From assembly GCA_013152195.1 (NCBI GenBank), contig JAADGU010000089.1, positions 1 through 39,440 of the forward strand: 39,440 nucleotides of DNA. Reading direction: 5' to 3'. Below the pieces are notes generated by a model. The model had not been told where the DNA came from. It made no database searches and worked only from the letters and a program-made list of their open reading frames with translations. Positions 16,001 through 23,931 of the stretch are shown one piece after another (the first letter of the stretch is position 1; each line of letters begins with the position of its first letter). A program made the position numbers and the translations under genes. This stretch comes from Nitrospirota bacterium (GTDB lineage Bacteria; Nitrospirota; Thermodesulfovibrionia; Thermodesulfovibrionales; JdFR-85).

Positions 16001-16789
16001 TCAGGGCAGGGTGGTTGTCTTCTGATCATCCAAGGCCTTGAAAACCGCTCCAATCGCACCCATGAAGGCCGTATGCTCAGGAATTATCAGCTCTTCAAGT
16101 TCAAAAACCTCCTTAAAAGCCTTTACCATACCCTTGTTCAGTGCCACGCCTCCCTGAAAGGATATTTTGTGGGGCACCGGTCTGCCCCTTACGATTGAGC
16201 CTTTAAAATTTCTTGCCACTGCAAAGCAAAGCCCTGCCACAATGTCGTCCATGGGGGTGGCAATCTGCTGCAGGTGGATCATGTCTGATTTTGCAAAGAC
16301 ACTGCAACGTCCTGCAATCCTTGGAGGATTTTTGGACCTCAATGCCGTCTCGCTGAACTCCTCTATACTTAACCGCAACCTCTCTGCCTGCTGGTCAAGG
16401 AAGGAGCCGGTACCAGCTGCACAGACTGAATTCAGTGAAAAGTCCTTTATTGCATTGCCTTCGAGGATAATAAGTTTTGAATCCTCTCCACCCATCTCGA
16501 TAATGGTATTGACATCCGGATAAAACCTCTTTGTGGACGTGCAGTTGGCCACAAGTTCATTGATATGAGCGGCACCTGTAGCCCTTGCCATCAGCTTCCC
16601 GGTAGACCCTGTAAAGACTATCATGAATTCGGGATAATCGGAAGAGACTTCCCTCAGGAGCTCAATGGCCGCATCTACAGGATGCCCCTTATGCCGACGA
16701 TAGACGGTCAGGAGAACATCTCCATTCTCATCAATAATGGCTATTTTTACACTTACAGAACCACAGTCCAGACCTGCCGTAAGGGCCAT
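16001..16789 (-). CDS. BcrAD/BadFG/HgdC-type activator ATPase (stand-alone)
   Basis: 'GLDCGSVSVK', 'GGEDSK', 'VCAAGTGSFLDQQ', 'GRCSVFAKSD', 'FQGGVALN'. 262 aa. Confidence 0.8.
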   Translation of the reverse strand: MALTAGLDCGSVSVKIAIIDENGDVLLTVYRRHKGHPVDAAIELLREVSSDYPEFMIVFTGSTGKLMARATGAAHINELVANCTSTKRFYPDVNTIIEMGGEDSKLIILEGNAIKDFSLNSVCAAGTGSFLDQQAERLRLSIEEFSETALRSKNPPRIAGRCSVFAKSDMIHLQQIATPMDDIVAGLCFAVARNFKGSIVRGRPVPHKISFQGGVALNKGMVKAFKEVFELEELIIPEHTAFMGAIGAVFKALDDQKTTTLP

Positions 16790-16897
16790 CTCTTAACCTC
16801 CCTAAACCCCTCAGGATATTTCAGTATTATAATAGAAGTACTGAATAGTTTATACAAAAAGCTTACGTTGGGGCAATCTTAGTGGTAATATATCATA

Positions 16898-19199
16898 ATG
16901 ACCTATCTTAGGATAAAAATAAAAGTAAAGGGCCTTGTTCAGGGTGTGGGATTCAGGCCGTTTGTCTTCAATCTTGCCAGGTCTTTAGATCTCAAGGGTT
17001 TTGTGAAAAACACGTCTGAGGGTGTTGTAATAGAGATTGAGGGGAAACACGTAAGGGTATTCCTGCAGCGTCTCAGAAGTGAGAAACCGGAACTTTCCGA
17101 TGTAGAGTCAATCGATGTAGAGTCAATCGTGAAGGAGAAAACATCTGAATACGGAAGAGATGGATTCAGCATACTGGATAGTGAGGATACTGGCAGTATT
17201 ACCCCGGTTTCCCCGGATACATCAGTCTGTAATGACTGTTTGTCTGAACTCCTCAACCCCCTCGACAGGAGATACCTCTATCCGTTCATAAACTGTACAA
17301 ACTGCGGTCCGAGATACTCTATTACAAGGGCGATACCATATGACCGGCCAAATACCACAATGAGTTGTTTTAATATGTGTCATGACTGCAACAGGGAGTA
17401 CCAGGACCCTGAAGACAGGAGATTTCATGCACAGGCCGATGCCTGCTCTCTCTGTGGTCCACAGCTTGGTTTTCAGAGCATAAACCCTTTATTTAAGGAA
17501 GATGAGGGTGAAGAACCCATTTCTTCAGCAATCAGGGTGCTTAAGGCCGGGGGAATTGTTGCCGTAAAAGGCCTTGGGGGTTTTCATATTGCCTGTGATG
17601 CTGAAAATAAGGATGCTGTAACCCTGCTGAGGGAGAGAAAACAGAGGATAAACAAGCCCTTTGCAATGATGGCCCCTGATATGGATACCGTAAGAGGGTT
17701 CTGTTATGTAACAGATGAGGAGGCTCAACTCATGCTCTCCCGCCGGAGACCGATAGTGCTCCTGAAAAAGAGACCTGACTGCAGGCTGCCGGAAGAAGTG
17801 GCCCCAAAAAACCGCTACCTTGGCTTTATGCTTCCCTATACCCCGCTTCATCACCTCCTCTTTTTCTATCCGGGAGGAGGAGTGACTCCTAATTTCCGTT
17901 GCCTTGTCATGACAAGTGGTAATCTTTCGGAAGAGCCGATAATACATGAAAATGAGGCTGCAGTAGAGGGGCTTGCGGGGATTGCAGATGCATTTTTACT
18001 GCATAACAGGGATATATTCATGAGGGTGGATGATTCGGTTATAAGGTCAAACGTTTTTATCCGCCGCTCAAGGGGATATGTGCCGGAGGCAATAGCTATT
18101 AAAGGGACGGGTCCTGAGGTGCTGGGCGTGGGTGCGGACCTGAAAAATACCTTTACCCTGACTGACAAGGGATTTTTATGCAATACCGAGTCAGCATATC
18201 GGTGATATGGGAAATTTTGAGACCCTGAAATTCTTTGAGGAGACACTTGAAAACCTTAAAAAACTCTACAGGATCAACCCGGTTGCCATAGCCTTTGACA
18301 TGCATCCCGGATATTTTTCGACAAGATGGGCAGAATCTCAACCTTTGGAGGGAATGAGGGTGCAACATCACCATGCTCATGTGGCCTCTGTTATGGCTGA
18401 GTCAGGGCTCAGGAATGAGGTTATAGGGGTGGTCCTTGACGGCTCCGGCTACGGGTCTGACGGCAATATCTGGGGCAGTGAGTTTCTGGTTGCCGACCTC
18501 GAGGGTTTCAAGCGTCTTGGTCACTTCAATTATATGACGCTTCCAGGTGGAGAGATGGCAATAAAGGAGCCGTGGAGAATTGCCCTGGGCTGGCTGCAGG
18601 AGGTGACCGGAAGGGATGTCTTTCAGTACATTGAAGAAATCGGTTTTCTGGACCACTATGGCGAAAAGAGGATTAAAAATGTCTTGAGGCTTGCTGAGCT
18701 GCCCGAGTTTACCCCCCTTAGCTCTGGTGCCGGAAGATTGTTTGATGCCATGGCTGCAATTACCGGTATAACTGATACAAACACCTATGAAGCCGAGGCA
18801 GCAACAGCGCTTGAGTCTTGTGCTGCAGAAGGTGTTGCTGAAGATTATCCGGTGGATATAAAGTTTGCCGAGCCCATGGTGGTGGATTTTTCCTTTACAC
18901 TGCTGAGGATACTGGAGGACATGATGTCTGGAACCGACAGTGGTATTATATCCGCGCGGTTCCATAATACCATCATTACAACTATAATAAGGATGGTAAA
19001 TAAACTCCATAGTCTTACCGGAATAAGGGATGTAGTGATTTCAGGAGGGGTTTTTCAGAACATCTACATCTCAGAGAGGGTTTCAGAAAGGCTCACAGGT
19101 GAGGGTTTTAGTGTCTATCGTAACAGGCGGATGCCTTCCAATGATGCAAACATATCGCTTGGACAGGCGTATATATTAAGGGAGAGGCTGCGGCAGTGA
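16898..19199 (+). pseudogene. hypF: [NiFe]-hydrogenase maturation carbamoyltransferase HypF, with its frame interrupted at a T5 run (18173-18177). Either a pseudogene or a sequencing indel.
   Basis: The two track ORFs (435 + 330 aa) together give acylphosphatase 'VQGVGFRPFV', two CxxC-pair zinc fingers, YrdC-like 'VKGLGGFHIACDA' and a Kae1-like C-terminus. Frame 2 reads 'FYAIPSQHIGDMGNFET' across the break. Confidence 0.85.
17099..17128. repeat. Perfect 15-nt tandem duplication (GATGTAGAGTCAATC x2) inside hypF
   Basis: Direct reading. It encodes 'DVESIDVESI' just after the acylphosphatase domain. Confidence 0.9.
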
Positions 19200-20257
19200 A
19201 GATTCTTATTGAAAATATACATCTGATGATGAAAGAGCTCGGCCGTCCTGTGAGGCTGATGGAGGTTTGCGGCACTCATACTGTTGCCATATTCCGTCAC
19301 GGCATAAGGACCATCCTGCCCGACGGGATTATGCTTCTGAGCGGGCCGGGATGTCCTGTCTGTGTAACCTCGATAGAAGACATAGATAAAGCTGTAAAGA
19401 TAGCCAGTCAGCCCGGGGTAATACTTACCACATTCGGGGACATGATGAGAGTTCCAGGTTCCCATAAAAACCTTCAGGAGGCAAGGGCTGACGGTGCAGA
19501 CATACGGGCCCTCTACTCACCGATGGATGCCCTCACTATTGCAGGGGAAAACCCTGACCAGAGTGTGATATTCTTTGCAACCGGGTTTGAGACGACCTCA
19601 CCATCTGTTGCAGCCACCCTCTGCGAGGCAGACAGAATGGAGATACATAACTTCCATATATATTCAAATCACAAGCTTGTCCCCCCGGCCCTGAGGGCCT
19701 TACTTGACGATGATAGAGTTGAAGTGGACGGTTTTATCCTGCCCGGGCATGTAAGCACCATCATAGGCAGGGATCCCTACGAATTTATTTCACGGGATTA
19801 TAAAAAGCCTTCTGTTATTGCAGGTTTTGAGGCAAGGGATATTCTTGAGGCGATTGCCATGCTCCTTGCACAGCTTGTCAAAAAGGAGTCGAGGCTTGAC
19901 ATACAATATGTCAGGGCAGTAAGGACAGAAGGTAATCCCAGGGCTATCTCCCTCATTGAGACCTGTTTTATTCCTGTTGATGTTCAATGGCGTGGTATTG
20001 GTACAATCACCAGGAGTGGTCTTTCCTTACGTGAGGAGTTCAGATACAGAGATGCCTCAAAACTCTTTGATATCGCGGTAGAGAGTATCCCTGATATAAG
20101 AGGATGTGCGTGTGGTGACGTACTGAAGGGTATAAAAATACCGCCTGATTGTCCCCTGTATGGTAAAAAATGTACTCCTGAAAACCCTGTTGGCGCCTGC
20201 ATGGTAAGTACAGAGGGAAGTTGTTCGGCATACTATAAATATAAAGCAGGGACCTGA
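19196..20257 (+). CDS. hypD: Hydrogenase maturation factor HypD
   Basis: 'EVCGTHT', 'GPGCPVCV', 'GFETT' and C-terminal 'GACMVSTEGSCSAYYKY'. The GTG start overlaps the hypF stop. Confidence 0.85.
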   Translation: MKILIENIHLMMKELGRPVRLMEVCGTHTVAIFRHGIRTILPDGIMLLSGPGCPVCVTSIEDIDKAVKIASQPGVILTTFGDMMRVPGSHKNLQEARADGADIRALYSPMDALTIAGENPDQSVIFFATGFETTSPSVAATLCEADRMEIHNFHIYSNHKLVPPALRALLDDDRVEVDGFILPGHVSTIIGRDPYEFISRDYKKPSVIAGFEARDILEAIAMLLAQLVKKESRLDIQYVRAVRTEGNPRAISLIETCFIPVDVQWRGIGTITRSGLSLREEFRYRDASKLFDIAVESIPDIRGCACGDVLKGIKIPPDCPLYGKKCTPENPVGACMVSTEGSCSAYYKYKAGT

Positions 20258-20355
20258 TTTTTTAAGACCGGTGATTTAAAATGATTCCTTTTCGTAACTC
20301 AGTCCGGGGCCAGTCACTTGTCACTTTTATCAGGACTCTAATATACTAATAAATT

Positions 20356-21129
20356 ATGAACTTCGATAAATTAGTGAAGATAATGGAGATATTAAGGGAT
20401 GAAGACGGTTGCCCATGGGACAGGGAACAGACACGGCAGTCCCTGAAACCGTTTCTGATAGAGGAGGCATACGAATTACTTGAGGCTATTGAAGAAGATG
20501 ATCCTGCAAAGATAAAGGAGGAGTTGGGAGACCTCCTTTTTCAGATAGTTTTTCATGCCCGGATAGCCGGGGAGAGAGGAGAATTTGATATCCAGGACGT
20601 TATAGATGTGATTTCCAGGAAGATGGTATCCCGCCATCCCCACGTATTCGGAGAAAAGAAGCTTACGACTGCAGATGAGGTTCTTGACAGGTGGGAGGAG
20701 TATAAACGGCAGGAGGGTAAGCTTAAGGAATCAATTTTTGAGGGTATTCCAGGGAATCTTCCCTCATTATTAAAGGCACTCAGGGTTCAGGAGCGGGTAT
20801 CAAGAGTGGGATTTGATTGGAATAAGGCAGAGGATGTGCTTAAAAGGGTTGAGAGTGAGCTTGATGAGTTTAAATCTGCACTCAAGGAGAGGGATGGGAG
20901 GAAGATCGAGGAGGAATTTGGGGATATCCTTTTTACACTTGTGAATTTATCCCGGTTTGTTGGCCTTAACCCTGATGAGGCCCTCCGTAAGACAATCTCC
21001 AGGTTTATCAGGCGCTTCAGCTACATCGAGACAAGTGCAAAGCAGGAGGGGAGGGCCCTTGCCGACTATACCATTGAGGAGATGGATCATCTCTGGGAAG
21101 AGGCAAAAAGAGCAGAAAAACATAGCTAA
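20356..21129 (+). CDS. mazG: Nucleoside triphosphate pyrophosphohydrolase MazG (tandem MazG domains)
   Basis: 'CPWDREQT', 'EEAYELLEAIE', 'EELGDLLFQ', 'RHPHVF', and a second domain with 'EEFGDILFTLVNL'. Confidence 0.85.
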   Translation: MNFDKLVKIMEILRDEDGCPWDREQTRQSLKPFLIEEAYELLEAIEEDDPAKIKEELGDLLFQIVFHARIAGERGEFDIQDVIDVISRKMVSRHPHVFGEKKLTTADEVLDRWEEYKRQEGKLKESIFEGIPGNLPSLLKALRVQERVSRVGFDWNKAEDVLKRVESELDEFKSALKERDGRKIEEEFGDILFTLVNLSRFVGLNPDEALRKTISRFIRRFSYIETSAKQEGRALADYTIEEMDHLWEEAKRAEKHS

Positions 21130-21185
21130 CCGATATTATTTTGCTTTAAAGTTTAATAAAGGAACAAAATCACCTGTTTTTAGGC

Positions 21186-21214
21186 TTGACACCTTCGGCA
21201 TTTAAGAATATATT
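21186..21214 (+). promoter_or_regulatory. Candidate sigma70 promoter for hsp20 (TTGACA-17 nt-TATATT)
   Basis: TTGACA at 21186-21191 and TATATT at 21209-21214. The SD AAGGAGGTG precedes ATG 21256. Confidence 0.5.
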
Positions 21215-21255
21215 AAAATTATAGGGGTTAATCTTAATTTATAAGGAGGTGGCAT

Positions 21256-21750
21256 ATGGCAAAGAAACAGGAGTCAAAAGAGCTGGTAAGATCAGAACCA
21301 TCAAGAGTACTTGCACCCTTTGAGGAGATGGAGCGGTGGTTTGAAGAAGATGTTTTCAGAAGACCCTTTTCTTTGCTGGGTCCTTCATGGCTGCCGAGGT
21401 TAAGATTTCCGGAACTGGAAGAGATATCTCCGGTTGTAGATATCTATGAAGAAGGCGATGATGTGGTGGTAAAGGCGGAGATGCCCGGGATTAAGAAGGA
21501 TGATGTTGATGTAAGCCTGACTGACAATACCATAACCATCTCTGGAGAGAAGAAGAAGGAAGAGAAGGTAGAAAAGAAGAATTATTACAGGCTGGAACGC
21601 TCCTATGGTTCCTTCACGCGCACCTTCCGCCTGCCTGCTGAAGTACAGTCTGACAAGGCAAAGGCCAAGTTCAAGGATGGAATTCTCGAAATAAGGGTTC
21701 CAAAGACTGAAGAAGCCAAAAAGAGGGAGAAAAAGGTTAAGGTTGAATAG
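21256..21750 (+). CDS. Small heat-shock protein (Hsp20/alpha-crystallin family)
   Basis: Alpha-crystallin core 'VDIYEEGDDVVVKAEMPG', 'SYGSFTRTFRLP', 'A.FKDGILEIRVPK'. Confidence 0.9.
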   Translation: MAKKQESKELVRSEPSRVLAPFEEMERWFEEDVFRRPFSLLGPSWLPRLRFPELEEISPVVDIYEEGDDVVVKAEMPGIKKDDVDVSLTDNTITISGEKKKEEKVEKKNYYRLERSYGSFTRTFRLPAEVQSDKAKAKFKDGILEIRVPKTEEAKKREKKVKVE

Positions 21751-21763
21751 ATTTATGGTAATG

Positions 21764-21821
21764 GGTGACAGGTGCCAGGTAATCTGCTTACCTCTTGACA
21801 CCTGTCACCTGAGACCTTTTT
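21764..21821. terminator. Long hairpin between convergent hsp20 and the macro-domain gene (putative terminator)
   Basis: 11-bp stem 'ggtgacaggtg' (21764-21774) pairs with 'cacctgtcacc' (21799-21809). An inner stem is aggtaa/ttacct. The T5 run at 21817-21821 is 7 nt from the stem, so the geometry is not ideal. Confidence 0.4.
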
Positions 21822-22365
21822 ATCCTGACTGCTCAAGTTCTCTCAAAAAGTGCATCAGTGTTTCATCATCATAGATGCAGAACTCAATAACCTCAAGTGA
21901 TGTATCAGGGTTTTCTTCAAGAAATCTTTTTGATTCATTGACAAGTATCTTCGCACACCTTTTTTTTGGAAATCCGAATATTCCCGAACTGATAGCTGGT
22001 ATGGAGATGCTCTTATAACCATGTTCTGAGGCAAGTTCAAGGCTGCTTAAAAGGGCGTTTTTTAGTTTATTATCTTCATCGCCTTCACCCATCCTTGGGC
22101 CGACGGCATGAATTACAGCCTTGCAGGGGAGTTTGCCGGCAGTTGTTATTGCTGCTGAACCAACAGGGACAAAGCCAATCCTGTCGCTCTCTTTCTGAAT
22201 TATCTCTCCGCCCTTTTTTACTATTGCACCTGCTACACCACCGCCGTGTTTGAGGTGGGAATTAGCAGCGTTTACGATGACATCCACATCCCTTTCAGTA
22301 ATATCACCTTTAACGAGCCTGAGGGTTTTGCCCTTTATTTTCCTCTCCTTTTTTGTCTCCATCAT
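21820..22365 (-). CDS. Macro-domain protein (ADP-ribose binding / O-acetyl-ADP-ribose deacetylase-like)
   Basis: 'VDVIVNAANSHLKHGGGVAGAI', 'AVIHAVGP', 'SISIPAISSGIFGFP'. Start placed at ATG 22365 after AGAGGT. Confidence 0.8.
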   Translation of the reverse strand: MMETKKERKIKGKTLRLVKGDITERDVDVIVNAANSHLKHGGGVAGAIVKKGGEIIQKESDRIGFVPVGSAAITTAGKLPCKAVIHAVGPRMGEGDEDNKLKNALLSSLELASEHGYKSISIPAISSGIFGFPKKRCAKILVNESKRFLEENPDTSLEVIEFCIYDDETLMHFLRELEQSG

Positions 22366-22574
22366 GGCTATTACCTCTTTATCTGAATTTGCAGGTCCTG
22401 CTGCCATTTCTGTGTCTGTGTCTATGTAAATTAAATACAAAAACACTTAGCAAGGTGTAATTCATAAATAATTCATAAATATGAAATATTATTTAAGTGT
22501 TAACAAAAAAGTCAACAGATAAACGTGTAATCAAATCATGAGCTCATCACGTTTTATTTGACAGATGTTCTCCC

Positions 22575-22603
22575 TTGACAACGATCAGATTATCTGCTAT
22601 ATC
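22575..22603 (+). promoter_or_regulatory. Candidate sigma70 promoter (TTGACA-17 nt-TATATC) upstream of the cfa leader
   Basis: TTGACA at 22575-22580, 17-nt spacer, TATATC at 22598-22603. A second TTGACA lies at 22558-22563. Confidence 0.45.
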
Positions 22604-22705
22604 TTAGGAAGAGGGAGTTATAAGGGGAAATAAATTTAAAGCGAAAAGTAAGTCACTACAATTGCGGTTGCCGTTTCATATGACTCACTTTTTCGTCCGG
22701 AAGCG

Positions 22706-22735
22706 AAAAACCCGTTGAGGCCACAAGGGTTTTTT
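22706..22735 (+). terminator. Intrinsic-terminator-like hairpin (A-tract, stem, T-tract) 33 nt upstream of the cfa start codon
   Basis: 'AAAAACCC(G)TTG-AGGCCA-CAAGGGTTTTTT'. The nearest upstream + strand gene is about 1 kb away (hsp20, which has its own hairpin). Confidence 0.5.
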
Positions 22736-22767
22736 GAGAACTTTTTAAATTCGGGAGTAATTGAAAA

Positions 22768-23889
22768 ATGAAAAATAACAAATTCAGAAACACTGCAGAG
22801 AAGATCCTGTCTTTAGCTGGAATAGAAATTAACGGGAACAATCCCTGGGACCTGAAAGTTCATAATGAAGATTTTTACGAAAGGGTTTTAAGCCGGGGCT
22901 CGCTTGGGCTCGGAGAGTCCTATATGGATGGATGGTGGGATTGCGACAGGGTTGACGATTTTTTTTGCCGGATACTCAGATCCGAAATACATAACAAGAT
23001 CAAAGAGGACTGGAAACTTCTTTCCAGGGTTCTATTGTCGAAAAGCATTAATATGCAATCAAAGAGACGGGCTTTTCGAATTGGCGAGATACATTATGAC
23101 CTTGGGAATGACTTATATGAGAATATGCTCGACAGGCGCATGGTTTATACTTGTGCTTATTGGAAGGATGCGAAAACGCTCGATGATGCCCAGGAGCATA
23201 AACTGGATCTGGTTTGCCGGAAAACCGGGTTGAAACCCGGTATGAAAATACTGGATATCGGCTGTGGCTGGGGAAGTTTTGCGAAATATGCTGCAGAGAA
23301 ATATGATGTTGAAGTAACAGGAGTTACCGTCTCCAGAGAACAGGTGGAACTTGCAGGGACATTATGCAAAGGATACCCTGTTGATGTCAGATTGCAGGAT
23401 TACAGAGATGTTACCGGTAAATTTGACTGTATTATTTCTCTGGGCATGTTTGAACATGTTGGTTATAAAAATTACAGGACATACATGGAAGTTGTGAAGC
23501 GTTGCCTGAAAGATGATGGTTTATTCTTACTGCAGACTATCGGTGGAAATGAATCAGCAGTTAACACGGAACCCTGGCTTGATAAGTATATCTTTCCTGA
23601 TTCCGTAATTCCTTCGATCAAACAGATAGGAGATGCAGTTGAGGGATTATTTGTTATGGAAGACTGGCACAATTTCAGTGCAGATTACGATAAGACACTT
23701 ATGGCGTGGTATAGCAATTTTGACATGAATTGGAATAAGATAAAGTCAAACTATGATGAAAGATTTTACAGGATGTGGAAGTATTATCTGCTAACCTGTG
23801 CAGGTTCATTTCGTGCAAGAAAGAATCAGGTGTGGCAGATTGTTTTTTCCAGAAAAGGTGTTCCAGGAGGATATCGGTCTATCCGTTGA
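22768..23889 (+). CDS. cfa: Cyclopropane-fatty-acyl-phospholipid synthase
   Basis: 'HYDLGNDLYENMLD', SAM motif 'ILDIGCGWGSF', 'SLGMFEHVG', 'YYLLTCAGSFRAR'. Confidence 0.9.
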   Translation: MKNNKFRNTAEKILSLAGIEINGNNPWDLKVHNEDFYERVLSRGSLGLGESYMDGWWDCDRVDDFFCRILRSEIHNKIKEDWKLLSRVLLSKSINMQSKRRAFRIGEIHYDLGNDLYENMLDRRMVYTCAYWKDAKTLDDAQEHKLDLVCRKTGLKPGMKILDIGCGWGSFAKYAAEKYDVEVTGVTVSREQVELAGTLCKGYPVDVRLQDYRDVTGKFDCIISLGMFEHVGYKNYRTYMEVVKRCLKDDGLFLLQTIGGNESAVNTEPWLDKYIFPDSVIPSIKQIGDAVEGLFVMEDWHNFSADYDKTLMAWYSNFDMNWNKIKSNYDERFYRMWKYYLLTCAGSFRARKNQVWQIVFSRKGVPGGYRSIR

Positions 23890-23931
23890 AAATACTTACA
23901 GGTGCAGAGATAACCGTAGAGTGAAAACCAG

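Noticed and set aside
21820-22365. Macro-domain protein considered as a DarG-like antitoxin or defence component.
   Set aside because: It is a stand-alone ~180-aa macro domain. No DarT-like or other toxin/effector gene is adjacent; its neighbours are hsp20 and cfa.
22656-22841. 61-aa minus-strand ORF overlapping the cfa leader and cfa start. Also a 12-aa ORF (MTHFFVRKRKTR) at 22680-22718 considered as a leader peptide.
   Set aside because: The 61-aa ORF runs antisense through the terminator hairpin and the cfa SD. The 12-aa ORF has no SD. Neither can be supported without expression data.
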